64,000 bases of DNA from a virus. The position numbers and the translations under genes are program-made. The notes under the pieces are model-generated. The model did no database searches. It had not been told where the DNA came from and saw nothing but the letters and a program-made list of their open reading frames with translations. Location of the stretch: IMG/VR virus record IMGVR_UViG_3300037418_004082. The stretch is one strand, 5' to 3'. Shown in pieces: positions 18,857-26,737 of this stretch. Every line of letters starts with the position of its first letter. Position 1 is the stretch's first letter.

Positions 18857-20008
18857 TTACGGCGTCAACGACTCCAGGGCCTCGACCGCCGCCTCCAGGT
18901 TGGCGTCGAAGTTGGCGGGGTCCAGCAGGTAGACCTCCGTCAGCGCGGCCAGGGCCTTGAGCTGCACGGGCGACAGCGCACCGCTGGACGACGCGGGCGC
19001 GGGCTGACCCGCGGCAGCAGCCTGGGCCGCCGCTTCCTTCTCCTGCTTCTTCTTCAGCGCGGTCTGCTGGCGCTTGGTCAGGGGCTTGCCGTCCGCGCCC
19101 ACCGGGACCGCCGGCAGCGCGGGCGCACCCGCGGGCTGGCCGGGCAGGGCCTGGGGGTTGAAGGTCGGCATCGCCTGCACGCCCGTGTCCACGGGCGCAG
19201 CGGCACCAGGCACCGCGGCCTGACCGCCGGGGAACGCACCGGGTTGGGCTTGCCCGAACTGGCCGTTCGGCTGGGCCTGGTAGTTCCACTGCGGCTGCTG
19301 GGCGTTGGGGTCCACCGCCGGGGGCGTGAAGCCCGCGGGCGCGCCCTGGGGCTGGAAGCCCTGCTGCGGAGGCGCCTGGTACTGCACCTGCTGCTGCGGG
19401 GGCTGCGCGGCCTGCTGGAGCAGCGCGAGCGCGTTGGGGGAGGGCGGCTGCTGGGCCATGTCGGACACCAGCTTGTACAGGTGCGCGGTCTGCTCCGGCG
19501 TCCAGGGCTGGGCCACGAGACCCTGGCTGGTCATGAACTGCTGGAGGTACTGCGGGTTGGCAGCGCCGATCACCTGCATGTAGAACTGGTGGAACTCCTG
19601 GCTGATGGGGTGCTGGGGCGCCATCTGCTGGAAGATCTGCGTCACCGCATCCACGTTGGCCGCGGGGTACGCAGGCGCCGCTTGCGTGGCGTTGAAGGTC
19701 GGGGTGGTCATGGGTTGAACTTCTCCGTTGGGACCCACCGGCAGGGCGGCGGGAAGAGGGGTGCCATCCAGGTTGACGAGGGTGGTGGTTTCGACCGTGA
19801 TGCTGCCCTCTTCGAGATCAGCACCTTCGGGCACGACCACCATGTAGAGTTGGCCCGTGGGCTTGAGCACGTACGTCGAGAGGTTTTGGACCGGCGTGCC
19901 CGCCTTGTGGCCGTTGGAGTCCACGGCGAGCTTCAGGGTGGCCCCGTTCATGTAGTCGATGCTGGTGAGGTTGTTCATGAACGTCTCGACGGCTTGGTTC
20001 TTCGCCAT
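18857..20008 (-). CDS. protein with long Q/P/A-rich disordered region
   Basis: 383 aa; globular-looking N-terminus then low-complexity sequence. Confidence 0.85.
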   Translation of the reverse strand: MAKNQAVETFMNNLTSIDYMNGATLKLAVDSNGHKAGTPVQNLSTYVLKPTGQLYMVVVPEGADLEEGSITVETTTLVNLDGTPLPAALPVGPNGEVQPMTTPTFNATQAAPAYPAANVDAVTQIFQQMAPQHPISQEFHQFYMQVIGAANPQYLQQFMTSQGLVAQPWTPEQTAHLYKLVSDMAQQPPSPNALALLQQAAQPPQQQVQYQAPPQQGFQPQGAPAGFTPPAVDPNAQQPQWNYQAQPNGQFGQAQPGAFPGGQAAVPGAAAPVDTGVQAMPTFNPQALPGQPAGAPALPAVPVGADGKPLTKRQQTALKKKQEKEAAAQAAAAGQPAPASSSGALSPVQLKALAALTEVYLLDPANFDANLEAAVEALESLTP

Positions 20009-20026
20009 GTTCTTGATCTCCTTGCG

Positions 20027-21160
20027 TTACGCGACGTTCTGCATGCTGGCGAGAACGGCTTCGAGTTGCTGGGCCTGCGCGGGCTGCAGGAGGCCCACGT
20101 CGCCCACCCCGAACGTCGTCATGACGTACTGGTTGAGCTGCGGGATGGCCATGCCCTTCTGGGCGGCGGTGCCGGTGATGCGCGCCACGGTGGCCGGGTC
20201 GAGCGCCATGCCGGGGACGGGCATCCCGGGCGCGGGCATGCCGGGCTGACCCATCGGTTGGCCCATCGGCATCGGAGGCGGCGCGCCCATCGGCATGCCG
20301 GCCATCGGCTGCTGCTGGTTGAACACCGGCGCACCCTGGGGCTGCGGCAACGGCTGCGGCGCGAAGCCGGGCATCGGCGGGGGAGCGCCCATCGGCATCG
20401 CCTGCGGGGGCTGCGCGTACTGCGGAGCGGCCTGCTGGTACTGCTGCTGCTGCTGCTGCGGCTGCGCCATCGGCGCGGCGCCACCGCCACCTTGCCGGCG
20501 CTGGATCTCCGCCATGACCACGTTGCGCTTGACCATGTCCGGCGTCTGGCGGTCCTGGAGCGTGAGGTTGTTGTAGTTCCACATCAGGTCGTCCATGGAG
20601 ATGGACGGATCGCTGACGTGCTTGCCGGAGTGCTTGCCCCACTTGAACATGCCGTCCCAGCCACCCTGGCCGCCGCCTTGAGGCGCCTGCTGGTACTGGG
20701 GCGCCGCACCGGGCTGCTGGAACTGCTGCTGCTGCGGCTGGAACTGACCCTGCTGCGGGGCCTGCGACACGCCGCTCTCCAGGGCTTCCTGGTCGAGGTT
20801 CAGCGCGAGCGACAGCGCACGGCTCGTGCCGCGCGTCTCGGCGAGCGCCACGAGACGACCGCTCACGCGTCCGCCGGTCTGCGTGTCCGCGTCGCCCAGG
20901 GCTTCCCACTTGAGCAGCGGGCCCTTGTGCTCCGTGTCCGTGTAGAAGCGGAAGAAGAGCGTGACCTTCACGATCACGAGCATGTTCGGCGGCGCGGGCG
21001 GCAGCACGAGCGTGCTGTCCATGCCGACGAGGATGAGGCCGCGATCCGTCGCGTCGCGGTGCGCGCGGGTGAGCATGGCCTGGGCCGTGGGCACGTTGCG
21101 ACCTTGGATGTTGGTCGTGCCCATCGGCTTGAGTTGGCCCAGTGGGGCGATGGTACTCAT
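20027..21160 (-). CDS. putative Rad52/Sak-like single-strand annealing protein with DUF3820-like motif
   Basis: ALGDAD...LVALAETRGTSRALSLAL; FKWGKHSGK...LMW; C-terminal LNQYV..TFG.....L...QAQQL. Confidence 0.5.
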   Translation of the reverse strand: MSTIAPLGQLKPMGTTNIQGRNVPTAQAMLTRAHRDATDRGLILVGMDSTLVLPPAPPNMLVIVKVTLFFRFYTDTEHKGPLLKWEALGDADTQTGGRVSGRLVALAETRGTSRALSLALNLDQEALESGVSQAPQQGQFQPQQQQFQQPGAAPQYQQAPQGGGQGGWDGMFKWGKHSGKHVSDPSISMDDLMWNYNNLTLQDRQTPDMVKRNVVMAEIQRRQGGGGAAPMAQPQQQQQQYQQAAPQYAQPPQAMPMGAPPPMPGFAPQPLPQPQGAPVFNQQQPMAGMPMGAPPPMPMGQPMGQPGMPAPGMPVPGMALDPATVARITGTAAQKGMAIPQLNQYVMTTFGVGDVGLLQPAQAQQLEAVLASMQNVA

Positions 21161-21169
21161 AGCGTTGCG

Positions 21170-21325
21170 CTATTCCTTTCGTTCGAGGTGAGCGTCTAAC
21201 ACGCGGCGCACGTATTCAGCGAGAGGTATGCCAAGTTTATCGGCACGTTCTGTAAACTCTTTGTGCTGCCGCTTCGTCAAGTTGATCGACAACTTCTTGA
21301 ACTCTAGCGGTTGTTGACGTGCCAC
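21170..21325 (-). CDS. ribbon-helix-helix (CopG-like) protein
   Basis: Hand-translated 51 aa: KKLSINLTKRQHKEFTERADKLGIPLAEYVRRVLD; RBS AGAGGAGG. Confidence 0.8.
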   Translation of the reverse strand: MARQQPLEFKKLSINLTKRQHKEFTERADKLGIPLAEYVRRVLDAHLERKE

Positions 21326-21459
21326 ATGCGTGAACGCCTCCTCTCTTCACTTGTTGGGATGCGACTGTAGTGCGTTTGATAACCCGGGAAGGTTACCGCT
21401 CGACCTAACTATACACGTGGCTCACGTAACCGTCAAGCAAGTTTGACGTAAAGCGATGT

Positions 21460-21494
21460 AAAGAAAACGCCCCGCTCTCCGAAGAGAGCGAGGC
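21460..21494 (-). terminator. intrinsic terminator after the histone-like gene
   Basis: 11-bp stem GCCTCGCTCTC/GAGAGCGGGGC with UUCG loop, followed by GTTTTCTTT. Confidence 0.85.
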
Positions 21495-21520
21495 ATTCAC
21501 GTGTATGGAGGTTGGAGAGG

Positions 21521-22087
21521 TTACGAAGCGGTGCCGACCGCCACCTTGCCGGCATCCTTCGCGGGCGCCTTGTCCGCGGCCTTGGCAGGCGTCGCCGCCT
21601 TGGTCTCGGTCTTGGCGGACTCCTTGGCAGCAGGGGCCTTCTCCGCGGCGGGCGCCTTGGTGGCGTCCTTCGCGGGAGCCTTCGCGGCCGGCTGCTTCTC
21701 CGCGGCAGGGGCCGAAGCACCCTTCTCACCACGCTTGGCAGCGGCGCGGGCCGCGCGGTCTTCCTTCTGGTACTGCTGCGGGGTGATCTCCGCTTCGGCG
21801 CGACCGGCCTTCTTCTGCTGCTCGGCCCAGGTGGCGTACGCCTCCTTGCCGACGCCGACCGGCCAACCCGGCGGGGGACCACCGCGGCGCTTGCGCTTGG
21901 CCTTCTTGACCTCGACGACGACCGCCGGGGGCTCCGGGAAGAACTTGTTGTGGGTGTCCAGGAACTGGCCGTACGCCGCGGTGGCGTCGGTCAGGGTGAT
22001 GGCCGCGCCACCTTCGGTGGTCGCAGCACCAACTCGGCTCACGAGCTGGCCGAAGACTTCGAGGGCCTTCTCTTCGGTGATGGGCAT
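21521..22087 (-). CDS. histone H1-like, Ala/Lys-rich DNA-binding protein
   Basis: KKAKRKRRGGPPPG and a C-terminal run of PAAEK/PAAK/PAKD units. Confidence 0.7.
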   Translation of the reverse strand: MPITEEKALEVFGQLVSRVGAATTEGGAAITLTDATAAYGQFLDTHNKFFPEPPAVVVEVKKAKRKRRGGPPPGWPVGVGKEAYATWAEQQKKAGRAEAEITPQQYQKEDRAARAAAKRGEKGASAPAAEKQPAAKAPAKDATKAPAAEKAPAAKESAKTETKAATPAKAADKAPAKDAGKVAVGTAS

Positions 22088-22169
22088 GGGGACTGCTCCT
22101 TTAAGGTAGTGGAACTTGGTTGCTGGTTATCTTACGTCGTGACCGTCTCGTGTGTCAACGTGCGTGCAC

Positions 22170-22937
22170 TTAATTTTTCGCAATCTCGATCGTCATCGCC
22201 GCGTTGCGTGCACCGTCGAGCGACACCTTCTTGCCGAACAGGTGGCCGTTCTGCCGCATGTTGTCTTGCATTTCACGTGCCAGCTTGAGGTGCGCGTGGT
22301 CCACCTTGTCCTTCAAACCGAACGAACCGTCGAGGATCGCGATCAGGTTCACGAGATCGAAGCCGCAACCGCCCAGGGCCGCGTACCTCTCTTCGGGGCG
22401 CTGCGGGTGGAAGATGAACAGGCTGGGCGGAAGCACGCGCATCTTGCCGGTGGACTCCCACACGTGCACGGGCACGTTCTGCTCGTACAGCGCCTGGTGG
22501 ATGAGGTTCGCGTTGGGGAAGCGGCACTTGCAGACGGGGTCGTACTCGAAGACGGCGCGCCCCTTGGCATCCAGCCCCGCGATGCGCTCCTGGGGCGCGT
22601 GGTGGCAGAAGTAGAACTGCGGGTCGGGCACCTCGCACTTGCGCAGCATCGTGAGCAGCTCCTGCTGCACCTTCATGTAGCCGGCCATGTCCATCTGGCC
22701 CATCTCGATGTAGGGCGCCATGTCGATGGCGATGGGCGTGGCGCCCCGTGCCAGGCACTGCTCGCGGATGAAGTCCACCACGGGCATGATCAGCTCTTGC
22801 TCGCCGACCTTGGTGGGCACGGGCGGTGCCATCCCGTGCTTCTCCGCGTAGGCTTGGCCCACTTCCTTCTTGAGCCGTCGCACGACGCCGTCGATGGTGA
22901 AGACGATGGCAGGACGCTTCTTACTCTTGATCATCAC
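22170..22937 (-). CDS. GmhB/HisB-like HAD-fold protein with degenerate catalytic motifs
   Basis: PAIVFTIDGVV (cf. FLDRDG), FYFCHHAP (cf. YYCPHHP), CKCRFP (cf. CxCRKP). Confidence 0.7.
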   Translation of the reverse strand: MMIKSKKRPAIVFTIDGVVRRLKKEVGQAYAEKHGMAPPVPTKVGEQELIMPVVDFIREQCLARGATPIAIDMAPYIEMGQMDMAGYMKVQQELLTMLRKCEVPDPQFYFCHHAPQERIAGLDAKGRAVFEYDPVCKCRFPNANLIHQALYEQNVPVHVWESTGKMRVLPPSLFIFHPQRPEERYAALGGCGFDLVNLIAILDGSFGLKDKVDHAHLKLAREMQDNMRQNGHLFGKKVSLDGARNAAMTIEIAKN

Positions 22938-23833
22938 GACCTCATGTACTTGGCGAGATGGGCGTCTCGCGTGTTCTCGAACTGGGTAGGCGAGGCGAGG
23001 TCCACGACGTCGCTCATTTCCATCCGTCGGCTCGCCCGGCGCTGACGGTACGGGAAGAAGATCTCCACGATCGCACGCGACGGCGCGTCCGTGACGTAGA
23101 GGTGGAAGAAGTAGCTGCGTCGCAACAGGTTCTTGAAGTAGCGCACGTCACGTGGCCCACCCTTGGGGTTCGCGAAGAGCTTCTTCTTCCACGTGGCAGG
23201 GCTTGCCTTGGGATTGAACAGCTTGACGCCCGTCAGGGCCTTCACGTGCTCGTACACCCACTGGAACTCGCGCTCCGACACGAGCTGCCCGAAGATGGTG
23301 GGCCCACGCTTGCCGCGCACGAAGTCGCCCAAGGTGAAGTCCACCAGGGCTTCGAGATTGCCGTCTGCACGTTCTAACATGTAGAGGAAGAACGCCTCCA
23401 CGGACTTGGAGTCCACGGACGCTCGCAGCACGGCAGGTGGCGTATCCAGGGGCTCCTCGACCAGCAGGGTCTGCAGCTCCTTGTAGGACACGTCGAACGG
23501 GTGGTCCTTCACGAGCCCCTGCTCGTGGATGTAGGCCAGGAAGCCTCGCAGGTGCAGCAGCTTCAGGCACATCGTGCGGGAGGCGTGCTTCGTCACGGAG
23601 AGCACGCGGATATAGCGGTCTACGACCTCGCGGTTGATCGCGCCCACGTCGTCGATACGCTGGGTGGCGAGCCACGCGATGAACTGCTTGCCGCTCAATC
23701 GCGTGTGCATCCACTCCATCTTCGAGAGGCAGTTCTGCTTGCGCAGGTATGCCATCAGGACCTCGTCGATGGGGTGGGCTGCAAACCTATGCCTGACGCG
23801 CTCTTCGAGGTACTCCTCGGAGACGGCCTTCAT
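22934..23833 (-). CDS. XerC/D-like tyrosine-recombinase-fold protein, probably inactive
   Basis: Core-binding pattern (LRGFLAYIHEQGLVKDHPF) and box II remnant NLLRRSYFFHL; R-H-R-H/W-Y set incomplete. Confidence 0.6.
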   Translation of the reverse strand: MKAVSEEYLEERVRHRFAAHPIDEVLMAYLRKQNCLSKMEWMHTRLSGKQFIAWLATQRIDDVGAINREVVDRYIRVLSVTKHASRTMCLKLLHLRGFLAYIHEQGLVKDHPFDVSYKELQTLLVEEPLDTPPAVLRASVDSKSVEAFFLYMLERADGNLEALVDFTLGDFVRGKRGPTIFGQLVSEREFQWVYEHVKALTGVKLFNPKASPATWKKKLFANPKGGPRDVRYFKNLLRRSYFFHLYVTDAPSRAIVEIFFPYRQRRASRRMEMSDVVDLASPTQFENTRDAHLAKYMRS

Positions 23834-23837
23834 CGGA

Positions 23838-24275
23838 TTAGCCGGTCGTCTGCTGCAGGTACTCCTGCGCCGACGGGTGCATCAGCGCCTCCGTCTGGTA
23901 GCCGCCCGCCTGCAGGGCCGCCAGCAACGCGTTGACCTGCTGCTCGTGCTTGTCGGTCACGAGGATGTCGGCCGACGCGATCAGGTCGATCGCCGCGTTG
24001 ATGATGTTGGTCTGCTTGTCGAGCTGCACCAGGACCGTGGGCCACGTGTTCTTGACGGCCTTGATCAGCACCGCGTTGGCCTGGGCCTCCGCGTCCGTCA
24101 ATCCCGACACGTGCCCCACGAACACCGGGTCGCCCACGTTCGGGTCCTTCTCGTCCACGGCCACCACCATGTAGACCGGGGGCGCGCCCTCTTCCGAAGG
24201 GGCGGTCGTCAGCTCCCAGCGCTTGCCGGTGGTCGCGTTGACGATGTCGTCGAACTGCTTCTGAATCGTGCTCAT
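23838..24275 (-). CDS. Ead/Ea22-like phage protein
   Basis: EAQANAVLIKAVKNTWPTVL resembles the ANA-x-FI motif; start MSTIQK. Confidence 0.5.
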   Translation of the reverse strand: MSTIQKQFDDIVNATTGKRWELTTAPSEEGAPPVYMVVAVDEKDPNVGDPVFVGHVSGLTDAEAQANAVLIKAVKNTWPTVLVQLDKQTNIINAAIDLIASADILVTDKHEQQVNALLAALQAGGYQTEALMHPSAQEYLQQTTG

Positions 24276-24661
24276 GCGCGCGTGTCCTTCTTCTCTTCCT
24301 TCTTGTCGCGTTCGGCCTTTTCCATCTCGCGCAGCTTGGTGCGGAAGCGATTGTGCAACGCCTTCGCCGCCTTGTCGCGCTTGAACGTTTTCGCGTCGAT
24401 GCCCTCGCGCAAACTTTGCACGAGTACACGTACGTCTTCGATGTCGAGAGGCTCTCCGAACATCCCGGTGATGTCGATGGGCACGTTCTCGTCGTCGCTG
24501 TCCACATACCACGCCATATCACGTGGCACATAGTTGAGCTGTTTCGTGGTTCCCACGAGGTAACCGTGTGCCGATTGCGTGGCTCTCACGTGATCGGTCG
24601 AGGCCACGTTAAGAGGCACATTTACGATCTTGTCGCCGTTGATGATATTGAGTCGGATCAT
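24272..24661 (-). CDS. hypothetical protein
   Basis: 129 aa; first gene of the leftward block. Confidence 0.7.
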   Translation of the reverse strand: MIRLNIINGDKIVNVPLNVASTDHVRATQSAHGYLVGTTKQLNYVPRDMAWYVDSDDENVPIDITGMFGEPLDIEDVRVLVQSLREGIDAKTFKRDKAAKALHNRFRTKLREMEKAERDKKEEKKDTRA

Positions 24662-24856
24662 CTCACGTGATTCTCTTGTGACACTGACGTGTCGTGTTGT
24701 GAAACGAATGTGATGCGAATGTGATGCACGTGATGCGACACGTGTGGACGTGAACTTTTCTAACGAATGTCACGTTTTTAATCAGCAGTTGCCTGCTAGT
24801 GTATAATAGCTCACAATTGAAGGCTTGTCATCGTATCACTTTCGGAGATCATTCGC
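24662..24856. promoter_or_regulatory. divergent promoter region with TATAAT and tandem GCATCAC motifs
   Basis: TATAAT at 24802-24807 (+); three GTGATGC units at 24710-24738; the point where coding strand switches. Confidence 0.7.
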
Positions 24857-26107
24857 GTGCTGCATAAAGTCTGGAGTGGGGCCGTCCGTTACGTGGCCCT
24901 GGGTCGTCTGGCGGCCCAAGATGGTAAGTTTCTCGTCCACGACGTGGGGGTTGACGACACGCTCTCCTTGCGCCTGCCTGGCGAAACGTCCGATCCCGTG
25001 AGCATCAAGGCGATCCGCGCACACACCAATGACGTCTTGGAGGTCGCGCAGATCCCCGACGTCGAACCGTCGGACGAACAGGTGTTCGAACTGACGATCG
25101 AGCGCACCATCGTGCACGGCAAGTGCATGGAGTGCGCGCAGCAAGGACTCGTGCGCGAAGGCTTCAAGCCCGGCACGATCGATGGCAAGTTGACGCTGTT
25201 GCCGACGCACCGTCACTGCCAGTGGAACGGTTCGATCCTGCCGGACGGCTACATCGGCAACTACTCCGACGACGCGCGCACCATGATGGAACAGATGCTG
25301 CTCGCGACGGGGCAAGCGCGCCTGTCGTTCCCGATCGCGCGTGGCAAGAAGACGGTGCGCATGCACGTGCTGACGTTCGCGGAGAACGACGCGGTGCGCG
25401 AATGGCAGGACGACTTCCTGCGCAAGAACAAGGACGCGTCGGACGTCGTGTACTTCGAGCAGCAGACGCGTGCGCACCTCGCGCTCGCGCTCGACGACGA
25501 CGGCAACGGCAAGAGCCCCGCGCTCGCGCTCGCCAACGTGGACGTCAACAAGTTCTCGATCTTCCAGCAGCTCTTGCTGCGGATGGCGCACTTCGGCCAG
25601 TACCCCGACGCGTTCTACCGCAAGCTGACCGACATCTCCGCGCGCATCGACGGCCTCGCCGAAGAGGTGTGCGCGCAGCGCATCGACGACGACATCAGCG
25701 AGGACGATCTGCTGCAGCTCGGCGAGGACCTCGTGCACAGCGAGCCCGTGCTGCAGGCCATCAAGGTGTTCGGCGGCCGCAGCGAGCTGTACTTCACCGC
25801 GGTCAACAAGGACGTGATCGACGCGGCGGACAAGTGGGCGGAATCCATCATCACCCAGATCCGCAAGGAGCAGGGCGGCGACGTGCTGACCGTTCGCGAG
25901 AACGAACTGCGTTCCATCGCACGCTTCGCGGCGGAGTTCCGTGGCGACGCGCGTGTGTCGTTCGACGAGTCGAGCACGTTCGACGAGCGTCTCGGTTACT
26001 TGACGGAGCTGTGCCACCCGTTGTGGAACATGTACCTGCACGCGGGCAACGTGTGGCGTCAGCGCGCTCACCGTGCGATGGGGGTCGATACGCTGGGAAA
26101 GTCCTAG
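24857..26107 (+). CDS. putative tail assembly chaperone (gpG-like short product)
   Basis: 416 aa ending CTG GGA AAG TCC TAG, with an in-frame G GGA AAG slippery heptamer. Confidence 0.6.
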   Translation: MLHKVWSGAVRYVALGRLAAQDGKFLVHDVGVDDTLSLRLPGETSDPVSIKAIRAHTNDVLEVAQIPDVEPSDEQVFELTIERTIVHGKCMECAQQGLVREGFKPGTIDGKLTLLPTHRHCQWNGSILPDGYIGNYSDDARTMMEQMLLATGQARLSFPIARGKKTVRMHVLTFAENDAVREWQDDFLRKNKDASDVVYFEQQTRAHLALALDDDGNGKSPALALANVDVNKFSIFQQLLLRMAHFGQYPDAFYRKLTDISARIDGLAEEVCAQRIDDDISEDDLLQLGEDLVHSEPVLQAIKVFGGRSELYFTAVNKDVIDAADKWAESIITQIRKEQGGDVLTVRENELRSIARFAAEFRGDARVSFDESSTFDERLGYLTELCHPLWNMYLHAGNVWRQRAHRAMGVDTLGKS

Positions 26108-26460
26108 ACACCACGTGGGGCAGCTTGCGCTCGCAGGCTTACCTACGTGGCGTCAAGCTTCCACCACGCCACAGCTTACAAGACGCGTACATGCAACTGG
26201 CACTTCAACGTGAAAACGAACGACGTCTTGATGAAGTCAATGTTATAATTCATGCGTTGTGGGCCACCGTTCCGTCTGAAAGTCAAAAGACCTTCATCGA
26301 AGCGACCATGAACACGGCCAAGAGCATCTTCAAGTCCCTTTTCCCGTTCGCCAACCAGACGCCCAAGAGCACGGTGGATCGCGATCAGGAGCAGGCCCGA
26401 TTGCTTAAGAAGCTGATCGACGGGAAGGGCTTCAAGATCGAGATCGAGGGGGACAAATGA
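26095..26460 (+). CDS. -1 frameshift extension (gpGT-like)
   Basis: GGGAAAG at 26095-26101; -1 frame stays open (GKVLDTTWGSLRSQAY...IEGDK*) and ends overlapping the next ATG. Confidence 0.75.
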   Translation, partial: GKVLDTTWGSLRSQAYLRGVKLPPRHSLQDAYMQLALQRENERRLDEVNVIIHALWATVPSESQKTFIEATMNTAKSIFKSLFPFANQTPKSTVDRDQEQARLLKKLIDGKGFKIEIEGDK

Positions 26461-26723
26461 CGTCGGCGACGGTCGCTTACACGGCCTACACGTACCACAC
26501 ACGTCTCGACCACGAGGCCGCCTTGCGTCAGATGGAGACGATGACGGAGGTGCGTGCCGGTGACGTGATCGTGCTGTACCACAACGCTCGTCGGCACGGC
26601 TGCTACCGCGTGGCGAAGGTCCGTGACCCTTACCTGAAGCTGGTTCGCATTCCTTGGAAGAAGTTCATGCGAGCGCCCAAGCGTCTCGCTTCGATCCACA
26701 TTGGCACCCTGATCGCACCCTGA
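26457..26723 (+). CDS. hypothetical protein
   Basis: 88 aa; ATGA overlap with upstream stop. Confidence 0.7.
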   Translation: MTSATVAYTAYTYHTRLDHEAALRQMETMTEVRAGDVIVLYHNARRHGCYRVAKVRDPYLKLVRIPWKKFMRAPKRLASIHIGTLIAP

Positions 26724-26737
26724 AAGGAGCATCTCCC

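Noticed and set aside
22934-23833. Active integrase indicating a prophage
   Set aside because: Catalytic residues are missing, and no att site or host genes are seen.
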